A DNA stretch of 64,000 nt from Macrostomum lignano (Eukaryota), in NCBI GenBank assembly GCA_002269645.1, contig NIVC01000337.1, forward strand, positions 620,001 through 684,000, written 5' to 3'. Positions within the stretch are counted from its first letter, which is position 1, and each line of letters opens with the position of its first letter. Positions 43,087-64,000 of the stretch are shown piece after piece. The notes beneath the pieces were generated by a model. That model saw only the letters and a list, made by a program, of their open reading frames with translations, was not told the DNA's origin and made no database searches. The position numbers and the translations under genes are program-made.

Positions 43087-46000
43087 TCATCGACCCAGCA
43101 ACTGCTTGGCAACGGGGTAGGCGATGGCCCAGATGAGTAGTGCCGTTACTGCCAGCAGAGTGCAGGGCGCCAGGAACAGCCGCAGGCGCTTGTCGCCCAG
43201 CCAATCAGAAGTGAGCCGGTCAAGGTCGGCCTCCTCGGCCTCCGTCAGGTGCTGCCTGTCCATCAGCCGCTCGAGCTGGTCGGAGAAGGCCGCCTGCTCA
43301 GTTTTGAGCTGCGACAACTGCTGGCTGGTTGACATGCGGACTCCGCGCTCGAAGCCGGACTGGTAAATCTCCTCCTCGATCTTCCACTTCTTGCTGTCTT
43401 TGGAGCCGTCTCTTCTGTGGGTGTGGCATCCTGACATCTGCTGTACCTCCCGACATCTGCTGTACCTCCCGACATCTGCTGTACCTCCCGACATCTGCTG
43501 TACCTCCTGACATCTGCTGTACCTCCTGACGTCTGCTGTACCTCCCGACATCTGCTGTACCTCCTGACATCTGCTGTACCTCCTGACATCTGCTGTACCT
43601 CCTGACGTCTGCTGTACCTCCCGACATCTGCTGTACCTCCTGACATCTGCTGTACCTCCTGACATCTGCTGTACCTCCTGACATCTGCTGTACCTCCCGA
43701 CATCTGCTGTACCTCCTGACATCTGCTGTACCTCCTGATATCTGCTGTACCTCCTGACATCTGCTGTACCTCCTGACATCTGCTGTACCTCCCGACATCT
43801 GCTGTACCTCCTGACATCTGCTGTACCTCCCGACATCTGCTGTACCTCCTGACGTCTGCTGTACCTCCTGACGTCTGCTGTACCTCCTGACATCTGCTGT
43901 ACCTCCTGACATCTGCTGTACCTCCTGACATCTGCTGTACCTCCCGACATCTGCTGTACCTCCTGACATCTGCTGTACCTCCCGACATCTGCTGTACCTC
44001 CTGACATCTGCTGTACCTCCTGACATCTGCTGTACCTCCTGACATCTGCTGTACCTCCTGACATCTGCTGTACCTCCCGACATCTGCTGTACCTCCTGAC
44101 ATCTGCTGTACCTCCCGACATCTGCTGTACCTCCTGACATCTGCTGTACCTCCTGACATCTGCTGTACCTCCCGACATCTGCTGTACCTCCTGACATCTG
44201 CTGTACCTCCCGACATCTGCTGTACCTCCTGACATCTGCTGTGCCTCCCGACATCTGCTGTACCTCCTGACATCTGCTGTACCTCCTGACAATCTGACAT
44301 CTGCTGTACCTCCTGATATCTGCTGTACCTCCTGACATCTGCTGTACCTCCTGACATCTGCTGTACCTCCTGACATCTGCTGTACCTCCTGATATCTGCT
44401 GTACCTCCTGACATCTGCTGTACCTCCTGACATCTGCTGTACCTCCTGACATCTGCTGTACCTCCTGACATCTGCTGTACCTCCCGACATCTGCTGTACC
44501 TCCTGACATCTGCTGTACCTCCTGACATCTGCTGTACCTCCTGACATCTGCTGTACCTCCTGACATCTGCTGTACCTCCTGACATCTGCTGTACCTCCTG
44601 ACATCTGCTGTACCGATCCGGACATCTATCTACTGATATCTAATCCTCTGAAATCTACTTCATTAATCATAAATCTTCTGAGTCCGAAATCTTCCCTTCC
44701 TACTTACCCGTCTGGATCCTCCGCGCTCTTTAGATCACGTGACATCCTCCTGCGCAGCGACGTGATGGACGAAGTTCTGGCCACGGTTCGGCCGAGATCC
44801 TGGAACTTGCTGCGCTGGCTCTCCTGCTACGGGAGGGGAGATGGAGTGGCAGAGTGTGAGACTGGACTGGGAGAGGGTGAGATTGGACTGGGAAAGGGTG
44901 AGACTGGATTATGATAGGATAAGATTGGAATAGGTGAGGGTGAGACAGGATTAGAAGAGGGTGAGACTGGACGGGGAGAGGGTGAGACTGGATTGGGAGA
45001 GGGTGAGACTGGATTGGGAGAGGGTGAGACTGGATTGGGAGATGTAAGACTCGACTGGGAGAGGGTGAGACTGGATTATGATAGGATAATATTGGAATAG
45101 GTGAGGGTGAATCTGGACTGGGAAAGGGTGAGACTGGACTGGGAGAGGGTGAGACTGGAGTGGGAGAGGGTGAGACTGGATTATGATAGGATAAGATTGG
45201 AATAGGTGAGGCCGATGGTGAGACTGGAGTGGGAGAGTGTGAGACGACTTGGAGAGGGTGAGACTGGATTATGATAGGATAAGATTGGAATAGGAGAGGG
45301 TGAGACAGGATTGGGAGGGGGTGAGACTGGACTGGGAGAGGGTGAGACTGGACTAGGTGAGGGTGAGACTGGACTAGGAGAGGGTGAGACTGGACTAGGT
45401 GAGGGTGAGACTAGACTAGGTGAGGGTGAGACTGGACTAGGTGAGGGTGAGACTGGATTATGATAGGATAAGATTGGACTAGGTGAGGGTGAGACTGGAC
45501 TGGGAGAGGGTGAGACTGGACTTGGAGAGGGTGAGCATTGATAAGCCGACAGCACCTTCTGACTGGCCGCTCCAATGACGGACTTGGACCGCTTGCTCAT
45601 CAGGTCTTCATCCGGCATGTAGAATTTTCCTTCATCCATCGCTTGCCTATATTTGGTAGATAGCGATCAGATAAATATAACAGAATTATAATTCAATGAT
45701 CTGCATCAAGGAGTTTTCACTGGCCTCATCTGCTCCAGCTCCACCGTCAACTTCTCCTTGTCCTCCTTGAGCAGCTCCATGTGCTTCAGCATCAGGTGAA
45801 ACGCGTAGTTCAAGCGGCTCTCCTGTTCGGGTGTCAGGAAATCGCTGGTTGTTTGAGCGAACCCAGCCTTTAAATTTTTCAAAGAAACAACGATGTCTCC
45901 CATTCGTCAAGTTCACCGACCTGCTGCACGGCTCCGAGAATCTCCGACGTCCTGTTGAGCTTCTCCAGCAGCTCTCTGAGCACGACGAACCTCGATGAGG

Positions 46001-46484
46001 TCGGCGGCAGCTGCTCGCCCGAGTTGGCCTTGGCGAGGTCGGACTCCAGGGCCTGCAGCTCCGAGCTGATGTCCTGCTCCTGGTTTGTCCGGGCCAGGAA
46101 CAGCCGCTTGACCCGAACTACCAGGGTGGTGGCGTCATTGGAGAAGGAGATGGCTAGGGCGCGAACCCGGTCCTCCAGCTCCGTGTCCGGGATGTCGTCT
46201 AGGCGGAATCGTCGGCTCGGGTCAATTAAGGACACGGAGCCGTTCCTGGCGTCCAAGTCGGACAGAGAGGCCGGCAGCAGGGACAGGGAGTGCAGCCTGG
46301 AGTTCGGCAGCGAGGGGAACGGCACCAGCTGGTCCGCCTTCGATGCTTCTCTGGGCTGCGAAGGTGCCGCTGCCACCTCCGCATCTTGAGACTGATCGGC
46401 CTGCGACTGCGACCCGGAGAACTCGTCAGCTGAGAGTGAAGCCCCGGCGGTCTCCGACCGGCTCCACAGGCTGTAGTCTGACTC
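43087..46484 (-). CDS. IRAG1-like: IRAG/MRVI1/LRMP-family tail-anchored coiled-coil protein, C-terminal exons (about 46484-45921, 45822-45725, 45646-45556, 44826-44708, 43414-43087)
   Basis: LAISFSNDATTLVVRVK...SEILGAVQQ|ESRLNYAFHLMLKHMELLK aligns by eye to the MRVI1 coiled coil (LSLGFKCDWFTLEKRVK...AEMLGAINQESRVSKAVEVMIQHVENLK). Also SLRRRMS, KIEEEIYQSGFERG (compare IRAG1 IEEEAYSKGFQEG) and a C-terminal TM segment. Reference sequences recalled from memory. Confidence 0.85.
43428..44615. repeat. 19-bp minisatellite (GACATCTGCTGTACCTCCT), intronic
   Basis: About 62 copies filling the last IRAG-like intron. Confidence 0.96.
44860..45535. repeat. 21-bp minisatellite (GGGAGAGGGTGAGACTGGACT), intronic
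   Basis: Direct inspection. Confidence 0.92.
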
Positions 46485-46945
46485 CTGCTGCGGGATCGGG
46501 TTCAGAGAGGGTCTGTGTGACTCCTGCTGCAGGATCGGGTTCAGGGAGGGTCTGTGCGACTCCTGCTGCGGGATCGGGTTCAGAGAGGGTCTGTGTGACT
46601 CCTGCTGCGGGATCGGGTTCAGGGAGGGTCTGTGCGACTCCTGCTGCGGGATCGGGTTCAGAGAGGGTCTGTGTGACTCCTGCTGCGGGATCGGGTTCAG
46701 GGAGGGTCTGTGCGACTCCTGCTGCGGGATCGGGTTCAGAGAGGGTCTGTGCGACTCCTGCTGCGGGATCGGGTTCAGAGAGGGTCTGTGTGACTCCTGC
46801 TGCGGGATCGGGTTCAGAGAGGGTCTGTGCAACTCCTGCTGCGGGATCGGGTTCAGGGAGGGTCTGTGTGACTCCTGCTGCGGGATCGGGTTCAGAGAGG
46901 GTCTGTGTGACTCCTGCTGCGGGATCGGGTTCAGGGAGGGTCCAT
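46485..46945. repeat. 39-bp minisatellite (GACTCCTGCTGCGGGATCGGGTTCAGAGAGGGTCTGTGT)
   Basis: About 12 copies. The 13-codon unit stays open in the host reading frame. Confidence 0.93.
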
Positions 46946-47222
46946 CCCCCTCCAGAAGCCAATAGAGACCTTCAGCGACGACAAAAACGACGAAGAAGTC
47001 CTGCTTGGCCGGTTGTTGTGCCGGGGCGAGTTGTCTGGTGACGAGGCGGTGCTGTCCTCCCTCTGACGGCTGCTGGCTTCGGCGGCCTGGCGCAGGAGCA
47101 GCGAGTTCCGCTGCCTGTCCTCGTCGGTGAGGCTGGCGTCCTCCTGCTGCACGGGCCGGCGTACAAGATCCTGCAGGTAGCGCTCGTGCTCCTGCTGGTC
47201 CTGGGAGCGGAAATAGGGCTTC

Positions 47223-56552
<9,330 letters not shown>

Positions 56553-57994
56553 CTGAAATGCGTCGTGTGCGAGACTGCGCGTAGACGCCGCTCTTCGTTT
56601 CTTTATGAAGGCTTACTTTTTAGCGGAAACACATTACCCAAAGGAGAAGAATTTAATTTCGATGAAATGTATTTAATTTTATTGTTTTTTACTCCAAACA
56701 GAACTGTTGGGAGGGGGGCTTCGCACGGAATCGAACCAGGGGTCGCGGCAAGCACCCTTGGTTAAACTGCAAGCATTTAAACGTACTAAAAAACACGTGT
56801 GCCCTTGCCGGATTGCATACCGGATAGCAGGTGTGAAGTTTCAAAGGCGGAGGGCCGGGCGGAGAGGCTTCGCGAGCCGCAGTTTGTCGGTCCAATCTCT
56901 CTTAGACTGGGAACTGTTTCCCCTTACCTTCGCCAGAACCGATCGGTTGCCGAATTCATGCCCGGCACAGGCGGTCGCAGAGAGAGGGTCTTTCGCCTTT
57001 CGCCAGCCTCTTGAGCTGGTCTGGCTTGAGGCGGCAGATCCTACTAGCAGAAGAAGTTGCTTTTATTTGCTATTTGTATGAAACAGTTTTCATGAAAACG
57101 GAAGCGTCGTGGGTATGCGCGGCTCCTCCCATTTCGAGCTAGAATATATTTGCTTTATTTATTTGAGTACCGCAATTAGCAGTTTTCTGTGTCTACCGCT
57201 TCCTTCGGATCTGATCCAACCCGTGAGCAGCCAGCAGCGCACTGAGTCACTCTTTCGATTTGGAATCGACTGGCTATTGAGGATTGAATCGCGTTTGCCT
57301 ACTAACAAGTAGAACGTTGCGTGGCATGTTTTGCAGGTGATGCAGACATGAAAGTAGTTTCAGTTTGACTTTATCGACCTAGAGATTTTAAGCTGCTGGT
57401 AGTAATTATTATACTCGTATCTCGAACTCACCTTCGTAGGTCGCTCGACAATGACTCGATGAAAATGTCTGCCCTAGCAGTTCGCCTTGGAAACATTTTT
57501 ATGCTGCTTGTGACCAGCTTTGCTGCTATAAGGCGGTCTTCTCTGGCAGGAGATGCGCGATGTCTACTTGAAGGATCCTTGATATCAGAAGATTGGTCGC
57601 ATTTCGCTTAACACTTCTGGCCTTCGGTTTATCAAAGTTTCCGCGCATGCACGCAGATTTTTATTTAACAAGTTTACAAGGAATGCGGAAAGCTTCAGCC
57701 GGCAGTTCGTACGTTCCAGTCCAAAAATATACTTCCCTTCGAGGTCTCTCACCACACCTCTCACTGGGAGGCCTGTGGTGATAAGAAGACAGTTGTAGCC
57801 CTGATAGCCCTGGCCGCCCTGGCCGCATGTGCGCCTGTACAGCAATAAAGGTTGTAGCAGAATGTGAGTGTGCTCAAATGTCCCGCTTGTTGCACTTCGA
57901 GCTGAGAACCGAACTGCATGTGACCAAATCGGTTCATATTAAATCTGTCTCGTGTTCACCAATATAAATTATTTGTTAGCAGCACAAGAGACTA

Positions 57995-58232
57995 TTCGTA
58001 GTGGTTGATGACCAACTGAACACTGTTTTGAGTGGGTGATCACCAACAGAACACTGTTTAGAGTGGGTGATGACCAACTGAACACTGTTTTGAGTGGGTG
58101 ATGACCAACCAAACACTGCTTAGAGTGGGTGATGACCAACTGAACACTGTTTTAGAGTGGTTGATGGCCAACCAATACACTGTTTTGAGTGGGTGATGAC
58201 CAACTAAACACTGTTAGGGTGATGACCAACTG
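57995..58232. repeat. About 32-bp minisatellite (GAGTGGGTGATGACCAACTGAACACTGTTTT)
   Basis: About 7 diverged copies. Confidence 0.85.
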
Positions 58233-58818
58233 CAGGCTATTCATAATCAACAACGATTTGGCAAGATTAGCACCCATTAAGATGCAGTAAGTTTTCTTTA
58301 ATGACCGTAATTTTTTACCGTAAGCTTTTCAGGATTCGAATAATGATAAAAATTCTGAATTTTTTTCTCACAAATTTCAAGTCAAACCATTTTGCTTTCG
58401 AATTGGTAATAAAACTCGAAATAGGTACTAAAACCTACACTCTGTGTGTGTGTGTGTGTGTGTGTCAGCGCATTTGCCTGCGACTGCGTGCATGTACTGC
58501 ATGCATACACTACTGCCTTCTGCCGGCCACCTAAAAGCCCGTTGGGTAAAGAAGACAGCAACTGCTATCTTCTCTCTTCCAGAATTAAATTGTCTTTAAA
58601 GATTGAAATCTTTCTAGCTTGGTTGCTGGAGGCAATTTCGGTCTAGAAGCTTTAGAAATAGAACTGTTCGCACCAGAAGTCTGAACTTCCGCTGAAGAAA
58701 TGAATTATAGCTTATAGGCTTGCTTGCGTTTGGCAGGCTCGCATTCGGCCTGAGCCAAAGTATTGTTGCACTGTGTAGCTGAATTCTAGACTGTGACGCC
58801 TCACTGCACCCATACGCC

Positions 58819-61562
58819 ATGTCTGGACGTCGAAAGAGCCTCCCGCAGCAGCAGCAGCCCTCACCAACAAGGTAGCTTTTATATTTCTATGCGATCGAGT
58901 CAAAGTCTGGGAACGGAGAGAAATTCGTGTGGATTTTGTATCTCTAGTGTATTTTTATTCATAAAGTCAGCCTCCAATAAGTTTCTAAGAATCGAAATGC
59001 TCCATTATTCTACTCAATCACTTCAGATAAACCGATTCTGACCGCCGAAAAATCCCCTTCTTCCCCTCAGGGGTCCCTCAGGTCTGGCACCATTCGGCAG
59101 CTCCTACACGGCTGTCCACGGTCAGCAGCAGCACAGGCAGCAGCAGCAGCAGAAGCAAAGACAGCAGCAACTTCATCAACAGCTGGCCAACCGCGCCCAT
59201 CAGCTTCAGAGACGTCGCAGAGCTTTGGAGGCCACGCGCGAGCGTCTACTACGCGACATGCAGGACCGCCGTCGGGCGCTGGAGGGCACCTTCCGCTGGC
59301 TGGAGGACGTCCTGACAGCCCAGCGTCGTCAGCGTCTCTCCGAAGCGGAGCTCCTGGAGAGAAACTGCCGACGGCTGCTGGACAAGCGGGTTGGCGAGTT
59401 GCGAGTCACCCGTGACGCTCTGGTTGGCCGTCTCGGTGATGACTCCGAGCCGAGCGACGCCGACCTGCTGCAACTGCTCGAGTCGGCAACCGCTGCCCTG
59501 GGGCTCGAGGATGGCGCCGGTTCCGACGCGGCTGAAGCTGTCACGGACACAGGCGGTGCCGAGGAATCAGCGGTAGCAGAAGCGGTGGAGCAGCTGCGAC
59601 TGTGCCAGCACAGGTGGCAGGCTGATTTTGAGGCCTGGCTGAAGACAATGCCACCAGGGCCGGCCAGTTGTGAGTGGCTACTCTGGCTTAACTGACTTAG
59701 CTGCAGAGCGGTCCCGGGAGGGACACTGCTAATCCCTGAACGGCCTGCCCGAGGCTAGGAACGAAGGGTTGGCGCCGCCCAGGGAGGTCCCCCAGTGTCG
59801 CCAGCAGCCATGTTTCTCTCTGGAATGGAGAGTTCATGCAGGTGGCTCGAAGGTAGCCCATGAGCTGAATAAAATGCTCAGCGATTTGTCACTTGAGTTG
59901 CTTAATCTTTGCCGCAAACCTTGACCTAGCTCTAGTTAAATGGTTTTCATCCATAGTCGGCTCGAAGGCCATGATAACGGTCGGTAGGCTACCCTCAAAG
60001 GGGCGCAGCACCCGCCCGGCCGCTCCATTTGACTAAAACCCACAAGGCTGGCCCGATACCAGTAGGGGGACCGCTAGCGACGGAGACAGCGTGGGGAGTC
60101 TACGGCTGCCCGAGGCAAATGCAGAGGCCAGTCTTGACCTGCAGAATGCGGGAGGCAGGAGTGTAACCCCTATGCATGGACAAGATCACAGGGTACCGGC
60201 ACACAACTTACTGATACATAAATACATCTCTATAGCAAAAGTTTCCAGACGCGACCGCGTTAATTATCGGATCTCGCGGCTGCAAAGTCAAAAGAAATAG
60301 TCAGTCGTAAAATCCTCCAATCCACTGCAGCCGCCACTTCCGCCCAGCTCTCCGTTCCGCCAAGCAGCGTGAAGGGTTCAACAGGGGAGTCCGAGTACTA
60401 CTCGCTGCCCGCCTCGGAGTCCTCTTCGGATGGGCCAGCCAGCCCCAGAGGGGCGGCGACCGCAGGCACCGCGCACCAAGCGGCGCACCCCTGTGCCTCC
60501 TGGCCGACCGCGCGCCAGCATGCTGGAGACCCGCCGACAGCGACCTCAGCCCGAGTCCCGCCCGACGAGTCCGAGCAGCCGCGCTATTGGTCGCCGAGCG
60601 CCGTCACCGCTTCGCGTCGTGGTTTCTTCGACGAAAGCTACCAGCCGCATCAAGAGTACCACAGGCAGAAAAACCGGCCAGCCAACCAGCCGCCGCCGCC
60701 GCAACCAACGCAGATCACCACCAGCGGCTGTCCCGTGTCGATCGCATTCGGCGGTCCGCCAGAGAATCTTCTCTACATTGCAGAAGAGTTTGAAGACGAT
60801 CGGCCCAACCAGGTGAACATCTACACGGCCCGCGGTCGCCTGGTTGGCGCCTTCAGCTTCAACATCGGCCAGGAGGTGAACCCCTACAGGCTGGCCTGGT
60901 GTCCGCAGTCTCAGCGCCTCCTCGTGCTGAGCTACGGCAGCAGGCACAGCACCCGGCCTTTCCTTATGGACAGGCGTGGCCGGCCGGCCGAGCCTTTCAC
61001 CTCGGCCACGCGAACGCTGAACCTGGCCAGCTTGGAGCCCATGGACATGGCCGTGGCCGATCCGCCCGGACTGGTGTTCCTGTGCTGTCCCGGCCAGGGA
61101 CTCCTCATCATGGACCTGCGCGGCAGGCAGATCGGCTGCCACCAGCTCGGCCTGGGCGCGGCCGTGGCGGCCGGCTGGAGCGGTTCCACCCAGCAGCTGG
61201 CGGTGCTGCACTCCAAGTCGCAGCCGGCGTTCTGTCTGAGCCTTTTCGGCCTCGTGGAGGGCCAGACACTGCGTCTGAACGCAAATTGCGCCGTAGACTT
61301 CGAGTCCATCGACCCGCCGCTGGTCATCTGGGATGGGCCGCGCGTCCTGGTTGTCAAGGTAACCAACGAAAGCGGCGGCGGCTGCCTGGATGGCTACCTG
61401 GCTGAGCCCGGGTGCCAGCTGGTCCTCGAGACCACGCGGCTGCTGTGGCAAGGCGGGAGCCGGCGCAACCCAATCCACTGCTGCCTCTGCCTCCACGAAG
61501 GTCAAAGGATGCTGTGCATCTGCGACCGAAACCACCCTGCCGTGCTCACCTGCCTGGTGTGA
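58819..61562 (+). CDS. Coiled-coil plus NHL/beta-propeller-like protein, about 627 aa (exons 58819-58871, 59071-59669, 60331-61562)
   Basis: Phase-matched splices AG|GTAGCT to CTCAG|G (phase 2) and T|GTGAGT to CTGCAG|CC (phase 1). Q-rich region and long coiled coil, Pro/Ser linker, then NHL-like blades (PVSIAF..LLYIAE, PYRLAW, PMDMAV..VFLC). Confidence 0.75.
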
Positions 61563-63135
61563 TGTGCTGGACAGTATTAATTAAATTGATTACCAGAATA
61601 TCTAGCCACCTCATTGCATGATGCCGCAATACACACATTTTAAGGTTCGAAACGCCATTTTTGAGCTGCTAATCTCATTTTTCTATTAAAGATATTAAAG
61701 ATAAACGCACGAGAAAAATGACAATTATTTCATTTCATTGATGCTCGATAGAAATAGCTCTGAGCTGTAATTATTGATAGAAAAGGATTTTTTTGTTTTA
61801 AACAACCTTAAAACAGTACATTGTTACACTTAATTGAATTTACGGTATGGCCCCGGGACCATACAGAGTAGCTAGCTATGATTATTATAAAAAAGTAAAG
61901 AATTTTCTCTAACGTCACATGTACATTGAATGATACATGTATACAGTCCGACGTCAGCGACGACAACAGCTGATGTTTACGACGTCATCAAAGTCGCCGG
62001 AAATATTCAAGTGGGTACTTCTGACGTTGTGTGCGTCGGAATTTTAAAATAGTGTGGAAAAGACGGCTTTTCGGACATCAGCTGCCCCATCCCCATCCCC
62101 AAGCAGGAATATGCTGAAAAATGCAACTATCGGACTTTATTGGATTGCGCGGTACACTTCCGCTAAATTGGACTTTTCGGTCTGCTAATGTGGTCCGCTA
62201 CAAAAATTATTTGAAAATTAGCGTTAGGGGACTACATGTATACCGCTAATCCATGGAAAAAAGTTTGCGTTTTGCAAATATTGCATACATGCAGTACGAG
62301 TTCTCTAATAGAATGATATGCCAGAACAAAATCAAAAGGATTCACAAACAAAACCATTTAGACAAACTTGACGCTTTAAGTAAAGCTTTTACGCTTTAAC
62401 TGCATTATCGTTAACTGTTGGTGCGGCTAAAAAGCATTGCAGGTGTCCGCGATCGAGCTAACGATACGCATAACGGAAATGATAACATCCCTTATAAATT
62501 GAACACAATTAGGCATTCACACTAAGCTTATGCATCAATTGTATTTTGGACAACGCCTTTAATTTCGATAGTTTACTTATAATACTTATTACTTTTCTAT
62601 CGCTAACGACTACTAGAGCAGGAATGAAGGGTCCCTGATTCGGGGGGGGGGGGGGGGTTCGTGGCTTATTCAGTGTTAAAATTGTCGCCTTGACAATCCA
62701 AAAAGTGCAATGAATTAATAACTGTGTTTAATTTTTCGTATTTTGTTAGGAGAGATAAACGACTTTTAGCCTATGAAAAGCAATTTGTCTTTTATATTCT
62801 TTGAGTTTGTTATTGCAGATGAAAAACTATTAAAATAAAACATCGTTTCACAGAAATTTTTTGCTTTCACTTTTACTTTCTGACTTCAAACATTCGTAGA
62901 TACAGTATACTCTGATTACTTAATTAAATATTAATTACAGTTAGTTGTACTTGATATTGCTAGTCTATTAATCTTAATAATTTGAGCTTTCCTTGTAGAC
63001 AACGTTGAATTAAGTGAAATTCCAAATTAGTGCCACAGTGGGGATTAGTTATCAATAAATAATCGCATTCTGAACAATCAATTTAACTCGTTTGCAATTT
63101 GTATAATTAAAGTTAGTGTTGATTAATTAACGAGA

Positions 63136-63243
63136 ATGTCATCCGACCTTAAAGCAGACAACAAAGAACTTGACCAGTGGATTGAACAACTGTATGAGTG
63201 TAAACAACTGACAGAAAACCAAGTCAAGACATTGTGTGAAAAG
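63136..63243 (+). CDS. PPP2CA-like: Exon 1 of the protein phosphatase 2A catalytic subunit (gene runs off the window)
   Basis: Manual translation [36 protein letters not shown] matches the PP2Ac N-terminus ([27 protein letters not shown]). Too short for the ORF track. Confidence 0.9.
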
Positions 63244-64000
63244 GCAAGTTAAGAATGTCTTTATCTGTCTTAATTTGCAATTATTTTTTATCGGAGTATG
63301 CCTAATTCATTTTATTCTACACTAATATAGGGTAGCAATTTTATTCATCAAAAGTCAATTCACTGAATAGTCATTTTCCAAAAGTAGGCCCCCTAGGTTT
63401 TGCAATTTTTTTGTCCTGACTCCTGACCTAAGTCAATGATCCTGTATGTTAATTCTATAAGCTATATGATAGTCCTATTATATCAGTTAATGGTCAACAC
63501 CAGCATCTTTGCTAAAAGAAGTGTTCTGTTATCAATATAGTGTTATTTGTATTGGTAAATTAGTAATCAGTATATGACCATTAACTCCGGACATAGGACT
63601 TTTATACTTAGTAAATTGCCTTATGGAAAAAGGTTTTTTGACAAATTAACTTTTGAAATGATCCAATTATGAAAAAGGTACAAAAATGACAAGGCCAAAA
63701 CTTCCAAACCAATTTAAAAATGCTTTATTTTAATTTTTTCCTTTTTAATGCTAAAATCTCTTATATTCTCATTAAAAAAGGTTCTATTATAACTAATAAA
63801 AAGTAATAAAGTTCTACCATAGGCCTTCCTATATCTATATATATAACTATAGCTAGGCCTATATTTAATTTTTTCTTATATGATAGCTATGATAGCTATA
63901 TGATATTTATATCCTATACTAGTCTAGATAATAGCAGGCATATACCAAAATAAAAGTTATAGTTTTTATGATTCTATGCCAATGTAAATAATTTTTTATG

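Noticed and set aside
43087-44625. 512-aa ORF with QEVQQMSGGTADVRRYSRC repeats fused to the TM exon
   Set aside because: The 19-bp unit is open in all frames, and a phase-matched acceptor at 43415 makes the repeat intronic.
60546-61535. 329-aa antisense ORF over the NHL-like exon
   Set aside because: Shadow of a GC-rich coding exon with no independent features.
62641-62658. Poly-G run (also poly-C near 17560 and 25478)
   Set aside because: Simple homopolymers with unreliable length and no supporting context.

Overview
Eukaryotic (metazoan) genomic DNA with spliced genes and many micro- and minisatellites. The style resembles the flatworm Macrostomum lignano, but that is an inference, not a database result. 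All gene models were built by hand from splice sites and intron phase. Contents: (1) an unidentified spliced gene at the left end (minus), followed by a 6.2-kb 14-bp minisatellite and a 1-kb (GATA)n; (2) a tandem array of four intact, strongly diverged 5-exon torsin AAA+ ATPase genes (16.0-35.9 kb, plus); (3) decayed Gypsy integrase and RT/RNase H relics, the latter interrupted by a 73-bp hAT-like micro-MITE; (4) a secreted fibrinogen-domain gene (minus); (5) a 180-aa orphan gene; (6) a long IRAG/MRVI1/LRMP-family coiled-coil tail-anchored gene (minus, 43.1 to at least 56.5 kb), with an intronless heat-shock-element-driven HSP70 apparently nested antisense in one intron; (7) a coiled-coil plus NHL-like gene without RING or B-box; (8) exon 1 of a PP2A catalytic subunit gene. 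Most very long ORFs in the track are repeat artefacts.
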